Source: a phage
Strand: one strand, 5' to 3'
Length of the DNA stretch: 64,000 bases
Sequence record: PX880103.1
Below the pieces are notes generated by a model. That model ran no database searches. It had not been told where the DNA came from and saw only the letters and a list, made by a program, of their open reading frames with translations. A program made the position numbers and the translations under genes. Positions 29,789 through 38,523 of this stretch are shown here, piece by piece (position 1 is the first letter of the stretch; each line of letters starts with the position of its first letter).

Positions 29789-30246
29789 TCAGCCTTATAT
29801 TCAATAACAGGACATACTTTAGCTTTACGAGCTTTTAAAAATTCGACGATAATCGATTTCTTGGGTTGAATAGGAGGTAAACCTTTATACGCTCTATCAA
29901 TATTTTCTACGTGTAAAGCATAATCCTTTTTCCATTTATAATCTTTATATTTTTCATGCAAATGTGCAGGAATAACAAATGAACCGATAATAAGTAAAAC
30001 AACCAAAAGCGCAAGTATAAATGCCGATGGAAGAAGAGTCCATAAACTACCGAAAATAAGCCAACGTTGTAGGCTTTCTGCACAAATAATTGTTAGCCCT
30101 ACGAGTATAGCACATCCAAAAATAGAAACGAAAAATGTAGGAATGGCAATAGACCAAAAATATGCGCATAGTGTCTTAGGTCGTTGCCATTCATCGTTAA
30201 ACAATTTGAATAATTTATAATGCCAAGAGTTTTCATTAATAATCAT
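29785..30246 (-). CDS. Membrane protein (2 to 3 TM helices)
   Basis: 153 aa; two long hydrophobic stretches; stop overlaps nucleotidyltransferase start. Confidence 0.5.
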   Translation of the reverse strand: MIINENSWHYKLFKLFNDEWQRPKTLCAYFWSIAIPTFFVSIFGCAILVGLTIICAESLQRWLIFGSLWTLLPSAFILALLVVLLIIGSFVIPAHLHEKYKDYKWKKDYALHVENIDRAYKGLPPIQPKKSIIVEFLKARKAKVCPVIEYKAE

Positions 30247-30248
30247 AA

Positions 30249-30770
30249 TTATCCTTTCATTGAAGGCGTAACGGTTGTTAAATACTTAATCATAGCTTCA
30301 GCTTCTGATTTTGATAATGAAATTTCTCCATTGTTTTGACGAATAGAAATAAAATCCGGATGACGGTCACCACCAGCTTTTAAAACACACATATAAGTAT
30401 CAGTTTCACCTTCAATATTTGAAATGATTGAAGCAGTTCCACATGAATGCGGTTTTTGATAAATCAATGCAGCTTTTCTTCCGCCATTTGACTGCTCATA
30501 GGCTTTTAATACATCAAGCAAATCAGTTCTTTTATCAATAGCTAAAATGTTATTTTCATCTTCAATGTTAAATCCTTCGGATACTTCATAAAGTGTTACC
30601 CATAAATCACTAATGTCAATAACAGCATTTACTTTTCCACGGCTTTCAAGAGTATGACAAATTTTCTTGATTTCGTCATAACTCATTTTAATAATATCAT
30701 CTCCTTGACTAAGGAAGATGTCATTTTTAAATTCAACACGAATTAAACCGCTTCCACTTGAAATAAACAT
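30249..30770 (-). CDS. Hypothetical protein, paralog of 30777..31322
   Basis: Shares EGFNIEDE and C-terminal KSEAEAMIKYLTTVTPSM with the neighbour's PGFNIESE and KDEAIALKTYLDSVIPTM. Confidence 0.5.
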   Translation of the reverse strand: MFISSGSGLIRVEFKNDIFLSQGDDIIKMSYDEIKKICHTLESRGKVNAVIDISDLWVTLYEVSEGFNIEDENNILAIDKRTDLLDVLKAYEQSNGGRKAALIYQKPHSCGTASIISNIEGETDTYMCVLKAGGDRHPDFISIRQNNGEISLSKSEAEAMIKYLTTVTPSMKG

Positions 30771-30776
30771 ATTTCC

Positions 30777-31322
30777 TCACTTTGAAATCATAGTTGGAAT
30801 AACAGAATCAAGATAAGTTTTTAGTGCAATAGCTTCGTCTTTGGTAAATGTGACAATATGTGCTCGAAAATCGTCAATTTGACGAATAGTTAAGACATCT
30901 CCATCTTCATAACATTTTGATACGTTTAAAACAGTTTCATCATTCTGATTGCAAGCGTTAGTAATAATAGCATTGCAATTTTTAAACCATTTTAAACTAT
31001 GTTTTCTTTCATTAGAATAATAAAAATATTTAATCTTATCTATAAAACTATCCCAATGGATAACTGATAAGCATATTGACTCGCTTTCAATATTAAATCC
31101 TGGGCATGAAGAATAAAAATGAATTTTATGCTCATCATTAATGCTTACAATTTTATCAGTATAAGGATTTTCAATTTTGGTTAAATGAATGATTTCACTA
31201 GGCGTAAAATACAGCATATCGTCTTCTTGTGTCAAACGATACATATTATTTACTTTTTCTATAGCCAATTCACCAAAAAGTGAACTAACTTCTAATACTA
31301 ATCGTTTCGCCGCTACCGTCAT
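30777..31322 (-). CDS. Hypothetical protein, paralog of 30249..30770
   Basis: See neighbour; 181 aa. Confidence 0.5.
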   Translation of the reverse strand: MTVAAKRLVLEVSSLFGELAIEKVNNMYRLTQEDDMLYFTPSEIIHLTKIENPYTDKIVSINDEHKIHFYSSCPGFNIESESICLSVIHWDSFIDKIKYFYYSNERKHSLKWFKNCNAIITNACNQNDETVLNVSKCYEDGDVLTIRQIDDFRAHIVTFTKDEAIALKTYLDSVIPTMISK

Positions 31323-31649
31323 TACATACTCCTCTGAATCATATCAATAATGTTGTTCACCAAATTATAAGTAAACATTGGGTAATTATATTGAATCATC
31401 ACATACACAACAAACAAAACTTTCATTCTCTTCTCCTTGGCAGTTGACAAGATTACTATATCATAACCTTGCCAACTTGTAAACCATTAAATGACGTTTT
31501 CAATAAAATTCTGAAGCTTTGTGTGAGCATCAACCATGATTTTCATTTCTTCTTTGGCGAAAGCTGTACCTCTTTCCCGAGAAGAACATTCATAGTCAGA
31601 AACTGCGTTAGCATATTCTTCAATTAGTTTCATTAAAAACATCTGCTTT

Positions 31650-31844
31650 TCAGTTTTCATTATTCCACCTAATCATTTCAAGATATTGAACTAACTTAGC
31701 TTTAGATTTATCCAAATCCTTTTTAGCTGCTTCTATACCGTCGTATGAATATCCTTCACAATGCTCAACTGCTAATTGATATGAATCTATTTCAATATCA
31801 CGTGCTAATTTAATGATTTTTTCAAACTGTTCGCGTGTTAGCAT
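31650..31844 (-). CDS. Hypothetical protein
   Basis: 64 aa ORF. Confidence 0.35.
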   Translation of the reverse strand: MLTREQFEKIIKLARDIEIDSYQLAVEHCEGYSYDGIEAAKKDLDKSKAKLVQYLEMIRWNNEN

Positions 31845-31846
31845 AC

Positions 31847-32065
31847 TTAAACTCTCGTATTATGATCGATAATTTCATCAAGAAACATATCTAACGCTTC
31901 TAAAGCATTATCAACTTTAGCTTCAAATTCTTCAATACCTGATAAGGCAAAGTTAATGCGCTCCTCATCTGCTTTACGAATTAAAGCTACCAATTCCTTA
32001 ATTTTATCAGCTTGTTCGATACTAATCATTATTCCACCACATATGAAAGAGAGAATATTGCACAC
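31847..32065 (-). CDS. Hypothetical protein
   Basis: 72 aa acidic helical ORF. Confidence 0.35.
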
Positions 32066-32217
32066 GCCATGTGAGTTGCAACTTCATCACACATATTATA
32101 ACGTTTCTTAAGAAGTTCTACAAGTTCTTCACTAGTAACTTCATCCATGTCGACGAAAAAATCACCATTAATGATGACGTAGATATTTCCTTCTTGATTG
32201 AGTGCTTCAATTTTCAT
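32029..32217 (-). CDS. Hypothetical protein
   Basis: Start moved to MKIEAL with AGGAGA SD; track N-terminus reads through the early promoter. Confidence 0.35.
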
Positions 32218-32240
32218 GATGTTCTCCTCTTTATCCGATG

Positions 32241-32277
32241 GTTGTATAGTACCACAGCTCAAACGGAAAGTAAACCG
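32241..32277 (-). promoter_or_regulatory. Early promoter
   Basis: Minus strand GGTTTACTTTCCGTTTGAGCTGTGGTACTATACAACC. Confidence 0.55.
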
Positions 32278-32280
32278 GTA

Positions 32281-32308
32281 AAATGAAAAAAGTCTCCCGA
32301 AGGAGACT
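32281..32308 (-). terminator. Rho-independent terminator after rI.-1
   Basis: Minus strand AGUCUCCUUCGGGAGACU then UUUUUUCAUUUU. Confidence 0.6.
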
Positions 32309-32312
32309 AATG

Positions 32313-32699
32313 TTATTCGAGGGAAAGAAGATACTTACTCTGGTAAAACATTCCAGTAATATCATCTATCGTGCTTTGGATGGCTGGAGGCATTTCTTTA
32401 TAAATGCTGTTAGATTGGTCTAGTATGCGATCAATCATTTTAATTGTGTCGGTAGGAAGTTTACTGGCATCTGGAATTGAAGGTGTGTATTTTCGACCAG
32501 AATACCCCAAATATTGCTCACCAAATTTATCAATCAAATCTGGCAACTCGGAGAAAATAAAATCGTATGCTTTGTGTCTAGCATAACTTTTAGTTTCAAA
32601 ATGTGCAGAATGAAAATAAGCTTGTGCAGCCATTAATAAACCTAAGTATTCATCTGCCTTTGAAGGTTTTCCACTTTGTGAAAAGTCGCTGAATTTCAT
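32313..32699 (-). CDS. Hypothetical protein (rI.-1-like position)
   Basis: 128 aa ORF immediately downstream of rI. Confidence 0.5.
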
Positions 32700-32989
32700 T
32701 CAGTCTCCAATTTAATGTTCATAATTCTAGCGTATGATTGTGCCATCTCCGCGCCTCGTTCTATACATTCAAAATCAGAAGAGCACGGGTCATTTTTATA
32801 GGTCGTTCTCATAAAACTATAGAATTGTTCAGACGATTCTACGCTTTTATTTTCAAAAAGTGTATAAACGTGCCTAATACCAGATTCCATAAATTTATCA
32901 AAATGAGGATCGACATTCGCTTCAATTGATGGAGATAAAACAAATGACAATCCTAGCATGGCAAAAAGTGCCGTTGCTTTTAAGGCCAT
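32696..32989 (-). CDS. rI: Lysis inhibition regulator RI (secreted antiholin)
   Basis: 97 aa; matches T4 RI sequence as remembered (MALKATALFAMLGLSFVLSPSIEA...). Confidence 0.85.
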   Translation of the reverse strand: MALKATALFAMLGLSFVLSPSIEANVDPHFDKFMESGIRHVYTLFENKSVESSEQFYSFMRTTYKNDPCSSDFECIERGAEMAQSYARIMNIKLETE

Positions 32990-33001
32990 AAAGGCCTCCT
33001 A

Positions 33002-33214
33002 TCATTTTTGTCCTGTATTTACTTTATGCCGATGCACGGCCTTAACTTTATCAAGGTATTTTTCAAAATTTCGCAATCTAGTATAGTCTGCCAGAGATTG
33101 GTTGAGTGATACTTCTCGACGCAAAGCTGAAATGATATTTCCAACTTCCCTACGAATTTCATCTAATTGAAGCACAGTAAGATTGCGAAGTTGCTTTTCA
33201 GTTAATTGTAGCAT
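33002..33214 (-). CDS. Hypothetical protein (rI.1-like position)
   Basis: 70 aa ORF between tk and rI. Confidence 0.45.
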   Translation of the reverse strand: MLQLTEKQLRNLTVLQLDEIRREVGNIISALRREVSLNQSLADYTRLRNFEKYLDKVKAVHRHKVNTGQK

Positions 33215-33242
33215 ATATACCCCTTTAGTTAGATAAACCTAT

Positions 33243-33839
33243 TTATAACTTTTGCACTAACCGAGTTTTTTTAGTTAATTCATTCCAATGTTTTCTACAC
33301 AAAGAAACATAAATTTCATCACCAATACAGATTTGATTACCTTCTTTAACAGGTGTTCCATCTTCCATTAATCGAGCTGTCATAATCGCTTTTTTACCGC
33401 AATGACAAACCGCCTTTAGTTCAATAAGTTTATCTGCAATCGCTAAAAGTTCTTTAGAACCTTCAAACAATTTTCCAGCGAAATCAGTCCTTAATCCATA
33501 AGCCATAACAGGAACATTATATGTATCAACAATTCGGCTCAATTGATGCACTTGTTCAGTTTTTAAAAACTGAGCTTCATCTACAAATACGCAATGAATA
33601 TCTTTTTGTGCTTCAGCCCATTTATAGAACTCGAAAATATCCATATCATCTGTAATAATATTCGCTTCCTGCTTAATTCCAATGCGAGAAACGACTTCAC
33701 AGACAGAATCGCGAGTATCAATAGCAGGCTTAAGAACTAATACACTCATTCCACGTTCTTTATAATTATGTGCAGCAGTCAAAAGAGAAGCAGATTTTCC
33801 AGCATTCATTGCTGCATAAGTAAAAATTAAACTCGCCAT
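33243..33839 (-). CDS. tk: Thymidine kinase
   Basis: 198 aa; P-loop AMNAGKS; zinc-ribbon cysteines; T4 tk synteny. Confidence 0.9.
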   Translation of the reverse strand: MASLIFTYAAMNAGKSASLLTAAHNYKERGMSVLVLKPAIDTRDSVCEVVSRIGIKQEANIITDDMDIFEFYKWAEAQKDIHCVFVDEAQFLKTEQVHQLSRIVDTYNVPVMAYGLRTDFAGKLFEGSKELLAIADKLIELKAVCHCGKKAIMTARLMEDGTPVKEGNQICIGDEIYVSLCRKHWNELTKKTRLVQKL

Positions 33840-33840
33840 C

Positions 33841-34029
33841 TTAGTCCTTAGTTAAATTTTCTAAATATGTTTCTAAATCATTTTCAGCTTTATCGATAGA
33901 TTTTACTAATTCGTAATATGTTTCGGCATCTCCATAATCAGAAGATAATTCAAAAGACAAATCCTTTTCTAAACTAACAATTTCACCAACTAAAAATAAT
34001 ATTTCGTTCTTTTGTTCGCGAGTAATCAT
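33841..34029 (-). CDS. Hypothetical protein (tk.1 position)
   Basis: 62 aa ORF. Confidence 0.4.
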   Translation of the reverse strand: MITREQKNEILFLVGEIVSLEKDLSFELSSDYGDAETYYELVKSIDKAENDLETYLENLTKD

Positions 34030-34217
34030 AAGGAATTTATATAATTAATAAGTTCTTGTTCTTTATTATCGAATTCTTTAGAAAGTTCTTCGTATTCATT
34101 TACGTTAAAAGGACCGCATTCATTACAAACTCTTTCTAATTCACTATTTTTATCCATAACTTCGTGGATAAGAGAAAAGAGTTTGTCTTTTTGTTCTTTA
34201 CTTAAACTCATAACCAT
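34026..34217 (-). CDS. Hypothetical protein (tk.2 position)
   Basis: 63 aa ORF. Confidence 0.4.
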   Translation of the reverse strand: MVMSLSKEQKDKLFSLIHEVMDKNSELERVCNECGPFNVNEYEELSKEFDNKEQELINYINSL

Positions 34218-34435
34218 GTCACCTTTAAGCAGTATTCTTCTACATGCTGTTTACGACCTTTCTTATCAATAAAGGTATATTCAACGAATGTTCCAATGTA
34301 GTCTTTATCTACATCATGTGGACTATTAATTGGACATTTAGTACGGCAAATGCGTTCCCATTGACGAATAATTACTGCCTTATTCTTTGGGTCATATGGA
34401 TGTGGATAATGTATATTCATAATAACGGTTCCCAA
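34208..34435 (-). CDS. Hypothetical protein (tk.3 position)
   Basis: 75 aa ORF. Confidence 0.4.
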   Translation of the reverse strand: MGTVIMNIHYPHPYDPKNKAVIIRQWERICRTKCPINSPHDVDKDYIGTFVEYTFIDKKGRKQHVEEYCLKVTWL

Positions 34436-34884
34436 TCAACAATCACAATTTCTAATTTAGAGGAATACGTATCTAAAATATCTTCAATAATATCCCAGTT
34501 CCCTTTACCTATGCCTGCACCAATCCTAGGCATATAGATTGTAGGTTTAATCAGTTTATTTTCACCAAACTCATTTAATTCTAACATACAATTCATTAAA
34601 GCGGAATACTCAAAATTTGGCCCTGGTTGAAATTGAGTATAAAGGTTGAAGCAATACGCTTTATGAGTCCTAAAGTATTTTTCATAGACTGAGTAAGAAC
34701 CGAGTTTAGTTACATCACCCCATTCAGTCTGTAATTTATCAGCTTCCAAAATTTTAGGGAAAGCTTTGGTTAATTGACCCGCTACGCCTGAACCCATAGT
34801 ATGAAAACAATTGCATCCATGCGCAATATTTTTACCTTCAGCGAAAAGGGCGACAATATCGCCCTTGATATATTTTACAATCAT
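34417..34884 (-). CDS. Macro-domain protein (ADP-ribose binding or processing)
   Basis: HGCNCFHTMGSGVAGQL and MPRIGAGIGKG resemble the two glycine-rich macro-domain motifs; 155 aa. Confidence 0.55.
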   Translation of the reverse strand: MIVKYIKGDIVALFAEGKNIAHGCNCFHTMGSGVAGQLTKAFPKILEADKLQTEWGDVTKLGSYSVYEKYFRTHKAYCFNLYTQFQPGPNFEYSALMNCMLELNEFGENKLIKPTIYMPRIGAGIGKGNWDIIEDILDTYSSKLEIVIVDWEPLL

Positions 34885-35228
34885 CTAGTACTCAATCCTC
34901 GATTATAAGAATCTACCAAACGGTCAACCATTGAATGACAAGCGGCTTTATCTTTCTCCTCCGCAACTGAACATTCTAAAGTATTCCACTTTTTAGCATA
35001 TCGTTTTAACAATGTATAGTTTTTGTATCTGCTTGATTTATCCCTTTCTCCGTCTTTATATGCATATATTAATTTCTGTGCAAATTCAGCTTGGCATGCT
35101 TTATTTTTCCCACAATAATCTGCCGCAGTGCGGTTTACATATTCTCTAATTTCAGTATATGATGTATCTGCTGACGCAGAAGCAGAAAATGAAATTAATC
35201 CTATACATAAAACCAAAATTTTAGTCAT
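34881..35228 (-). CDS. Secreted small protein (vs locus position)
   Basis: 115 aa with N-terminal signal peptide; same size and position as T4 vs. Confidence 0.45.
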   Translation of the reverse strand: MTKILVLCIGLISFSASASADTSYTEIREYVNRTAADYCGKNKACQAEFAQKLIYAYKDGERDKSSRYKNYTLLKRYAKKWNTLECSVAEEKDKAACHSMVDRLVDSYNRGLSTR

Positions 35229-35766
35229 TTACTATTTCCAAAAGTTTATTATTTTTAAGGTAATTAGCCTTTTCTAGGACTTCAGAAGCATATTTAGAAC
35301 CTGCTTTAACATTCCATCCCGAATTATAAGAGGATATTGCTTTTCTTATATCGCCCTTATGTATATTTAACCAATAAGAAAGTTCAATGTACGCCCAGGA
35401 AGCTGAATTGGATCGTTTATTCAACATTCTTTTTATTTCAGCATCGGTCATATTATAACCAAGTTCCTTAACTCTTGCTCGCATAGTAGGCAAATAATTT
35501 TGGAACATTCCGTAGGCGTGATGCTTTGGTTTAGATTTTAAATTAACTCCGCCAGAGCTTTCTTGCCATAAAATGGCTGCCATTATATGACCTAATCCGC
35601 TCTTGTGGATATTTTTATGTGTTTTATATTTTCCATCCTTAGAAAATTGTTCCCCGAATTGATACGCGTAACGCATGTTATCGAGTTGGACATTACTGAA
35701 AGTATGCTCGGAGCTATGTGCCATCATTGAAATGGCCAATAGACCAGCGAGTAGTGCTTTTCTCAT
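35221..35766 (-). CDS. Secreted lytic transglycosylase-like protein (lysozyme-like fold)
   Basis: Signal peptide; LWQESSGG resembles the SLT catalytic ES-G motif; 181 aa. Confidence 0.55.
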   Translation of the reverse strand: MRKALLAGLLAISMMAHSSEHTFSNVQLDNMRYAYQFGEQFSKDGKYKTHKNIHKSGLGHIMAAILWQESSGGVNLKSKPKHHAYGMFQNYLPTMRARVKELGYNMTDAEIKRMLNKRSNSASWAYIELSYWLNIHKGDIRKAISSYNSGWNVKAGSKYASEVLEKANYLKNNKLLEIVND

Positions 35767-35773
35767 GCTTACC

Positions 35774-36235
35774 TCATTGAGTTTTAATTACTGCTTTAGA
35801 AGCCTTTCCTGGTAAACGACGACTGTTAATAATTGCCATCCTACATTGAAGTGACGGGTCTTTGAACTTCTCGTTAGGTTTACAAACTGTAAATCCGAGC
35901 CAAAGATTTCCATCTGTGATTTCTAAACGTCCAGGACGATATTCAACCCCATCAATAAAATCCTCGTCAATGTCAGGACGCGGAGGCATACTCAGGAATT
36001 CATTAACTTCTAAAACATGGTCTTTTATTTTATGGAATAATTCAAAAACGTATGTCTCATCAATCTCCCGTTGAATTGCACGATCAAGAAGATGTTGAGA
36101 ATATTTTAGATGAAACGATGAGACCCCTGCTGCTTTTGATGCCTCACGAATCTCATTGTTAATTTGACGAAACTCCGACTCAAAGTGACGACGAAGCTTA
36201 TTTCGACGGATAAAAACTTCAGTGTTGATAGTCAT
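35774..36235 (-). CDS. regB: Endoribonuclease RegB
   Basis: 153 aa matching T4 RegB as remembered. Confidence 0.85.
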   Translation of the reverse strand: MTINTEVFIRRNKLRRHFESEFRQINNEIREASKAAGVSSFHLKYSQHLLDRAIQREIDETYVFELFHKIKDHVLEVNEFLSMPPRPDIDEDFIDGVEYRPGRLEITDGNLWLGFTVCKPNEKFKDPSLQCRMAIINSRRLPGKASKAVIKTQ

Positions 36236-36260
36236 GTTATTCTCCTCTTAACTGATAGAA

Positions 36261-36294
36261 AAATTATACCACAGTCAAGAGGAAAAGTAAACAG
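36261..36294 (-). promoter_or_regulatory. Early promoter
   Basis: Minus strand CTGTTTACTTTTCCTCTTGACTGTGGTATAATTT, upstream of regB. Confidence 0.55.
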
Positions 36295-36573
36295 TTATTC
36301 TTTAAATCTAATCAATTTATTCATAGACTTTGAAACTTCTGCACGGACCTCATGTAGGTTTTTAAGTTGTTCAAGACGTTGCTCATAGTAAGCAATTTCA
36401 TCTTCTTCGAGACAGTCCTGCGAATCTTCTTTAAGATACCGTGCATAGTCCTGGAAAGCGTTACGGACTACTTCCTGGAAGTCATCAAGACTTTGAATTT
36501 TCTTAGGAGCAACAGATACACGACGAGGGGCAGTATAATACTCGTAACCAAACCCTGCGCTTAATTGAGCCAT
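36295..36573 (-). CDS. Hypothetical protein (vs.3 position)
   Basis: Start set at internal Met MAQLSAG. Confidence 0.4.
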   Translation of the reverse strand: MAQLSAGFGYEYYTAPRRVSVAPKKIQSLDDFQEVVRNAFQDYARYLKEDSQDCLEEDEIAYYEQRLEQLKNLHEVRAEVSKSMNKLIRFKE

Positions 36574-36839
36574 TAGTATTTTTCCTCTGGTTGGAACACT
36601 GCACGACAAGCCCACATACTGGCTTCTTTGAGTTTCGTTTTAGCAATAGTTAACTGATCGAGGCTTTCAGCATAATTCTTCGCGAATTCACAGTCTTCAC
36701 AATTATCTAGTGCTTCCCAGAATTCATCATATAAAGCATCAAAGATAAGTCCTAAACGAACTTCAGCGTCTTTGATAGCATTTACTTTACCGATTTTCTC
36801 TTCAGTATGTGGCTTATAACCCTTAATATCTTCAATCAT
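36573..36839 (-). CDS. Hypothetical small protein at the vs.4 position (candidate Acb2-like cyclic-nucleotide sponge)
   Basis: Start at ATG preceded by GAGGAAG SD; assignment by position and size only. Confidence 0.35.
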   Translation of the reverse strand: MIEDIKGYKPHTEEKIGKVNAIKDAEVRLGLIFDALYDEFWEALDNCEDCEFAKNYAESLDQLTIAKTKLKEASMWACRAVFQPEEKY

Positions 36840-37053
36840 ATTTGACTTCCTCACCAGTACATAAATCATATTCAACTAAACGAATGGGTTCATGAATGCC
36901 ATATCCCTGAACAGAAATTTCTGTTGTAGGATAAATTCCATCAATATCACCCATATTCCACGCTTCATTAAATTGCTGTTCGCCTGAATTACTAAACCAC
37001 TCGGCGAAAGCATTTAGCACATCTTCAGAACCTTCAATAATTATCTTTGCCAT
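36832..37053 (-). CDS. Hypothetical protein
   Basis: 73 aa acidic ORF. Confidence 0.4.
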   Translation of the reverse strand: MAKIIIEGSEDVLNAFAEWFSNSGEQQFNEAWNMGDIDGIYPTTEISVQGYGIHEPIRLVEYDLCTGEEVKYD

Positions 37054-37415
37054 TACAAACTCTCGGTAAAGGTACGAGCGATAACGTCGCGCTGCTGTTC
37101 CGGAGTCAGAGAGTTAAAGCGAACTGCATAACCGGATACACGGATGGTCAGCTGCGGATATTTTTCCGGATGCTTAACTGCATCTTCCAGAGTTTCACGA
37201 CGCAGAACGTTAACGTTCAGGTGTTGACCACCTTCAATTTTAACTGTAGGTTGTGTTTCAATTTCAATTTCACGGGCATGCAAACCATAGAAAATTTCTG
37301 GGTCTACAAAAGAGTCCTCTTTAAAGGTTTTAGAAACAATAATTCGCGCTTGAATACCATCTTCAAAATAAATAGTACCTTTATGCGTGCCTTCAAGAAT
37401 TTGATATGCTTTCAT
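37053..37415 (-). CDS. Autonomous glycyl radical cofactor (GrcA/YfiD-like)
   Basis: 120 aa with C-terminal glycyl-radical motif RVSGYAVRF typical of PFL C-terminus and GrcA. Confidence 0.7.
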   Translation of the reverse strand: MKAYQILEGTHKGTIYFEDGIQARIIVSKTFKEDSFVDPEIFYGLHAREIEIETQPTVKIEGGQHLNVNVLRRETLEDAVKHPEKYPQLTIRVSGYAVRFNSLTPEQQRDVIARTFTESL

Positions 37416-37421
37416 ATAACC

Positions 37422-37751
37422 TCAATTAGAAAATAAATTTATCCAAGATTGTTCTTTAATTAAAAATGGCTCAGAATCATATGCCATTAAACTTTGGGTG
37501 ATTAGTCCTTTAAAAGGCCCATCAATAAATTCCATGGTAAAATATGGAATTTTATTCATTAACTTTGCATTAGGAGCAGTACACAAAACTCTACATCCTT
37601 TGAATACACCTTTTTGTAATTTGTATTGCTTAGGATAAAATTCGCTCAAGACGTTGTTATTTGCCAAAATTTCAAAATGATTCACCAATTTATTTTTAAT
37701 AGTTTTTGGCGAAAAATAAAGATATTCGAAAAGTTGTGTGTCTGTCATCAT
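37422..37751 (-). CDS. Hypothetical protein
   Basis: 109 aa ORF. Confidence 0.45.
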   Translation of the reverse strand: MMTDTQLFEYLYFSPKTIKNKLVNHFEILANNNVLSEFYPKQYKLQKGVFKGCRVLCTAPNAKLMNKIPYFTMEFIDGPFKGLITQSLMAYDSEPFLIKEQSWINLFSN

Positions 37752-38335
37752 TGCATTCCAATTACGAAAAACTGTGGACGAGTAATACCATCAATGCAAC
37801 ATTTACTGTTGCAGCAGTGTTGTACAGTTTCAATATGAATATCGTAAATTTTATCCATATCAGGAGATTTAACAGGCTCATCGATTATATACAAAATCCG
37901 CGAAAGCGATAAACCTCTGAACTTGCTACCTCTATTACCAACAAAACTACGGACAGAATCAGTAAATAAACGGAATCGAATATCATCGCTAGAATAACGA
38001 GAAAATTCTTTTTTAATGTTGCCAGCAGAAATTTTAGCATAAGCTGAAGTATTAGAAAGAACAATAACTGTTCCGCCGTCATACAGCCAATTAGCAGCGA
38101 AGTTAGTCACAGCAGTTGATTTACCAGATTGACGTCCACCATCTAGTCGAAGTGTGCAATACTGCTTAAGTAAGTCTTCAAATGGCGGGATATAATCATT
38201 TTTACAAATTTCTTCTACTCTAGCATCAGAATGGTGTGTAAAAGCATTCATCAGGGATAGATAAGGACCAGTTAAAAATGTTCTCATTTTGTTCTCTCTA
38301 AATTTGGGCCATTCCGTGGCGCATGAATTGTCCAT
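37748..38335 (-). CDS. Small P-loop NTPase
   Basis: Walker A GGRQSGKST and Walker B ILYIIDEP; true start may be the internal Met at 38287. Confidence 0.5.
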   Translation of the reverse strand: MDNSCATEWPKFRENKMRTFLTGPYLSLMNAFTHHSDARVEEICKNDYIPPFEDLLKQYCTLRLDGGRQSGKSTAVTNFAANWLYDGGTVIVLSNTSAYAKISAGNIKKEFSRYSSDDIRFRLFTDSVRSFVGNRGSKFRGLSLSRILYIIDEPVKSPDMDKIYDIHIETVQHCCNSKCCIDGITRPQFFVIGMQ

Positions 38336-38506
38336 TTCTGTATTTACCCATTACCGCACTTGGGCTCGACCTTATTACAGGTTGGCGGGAATCCCTCACA
38401 GAATCATGAGGTCCAGCTTGTTCCCATGTTATTTGAATGTAAATATTTTTGCCTTAATACTTATACCAGTGTGGCTTCATTAAAATTTTTTCATCGAGTC
38501 ATTTTA
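38336..38506 (-). pseudogene. Possible remnant of the denV (endonuclease V) locus: promoter, SD and a 3-codon ORF (MTR-stop) followed by non-coding, relatively GC-rich sequence
   Basis: Minus strand reads GGAGAGG-N5-ATGACTCGATGA just downstream of an early promoter; T4 endonuclease V begins MTR; no ORF of 60 aa or more in 38336..38559. Confidence 0.3.
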
Positions 38507-38523
38507 CCTCTCCAAGTAATTAT

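Noticed and set aside
26700-32262. Extended N-termini in the ORF track that begin MF..(I)QLST or MSCGTIQPS (ORFs 26700..27287, 27692..28726, 32029..32262)
   Set aside because: These residues are the conserved early promoter read in-frame; each gene has an internal ATG with a good SD just downstream, used as the start.
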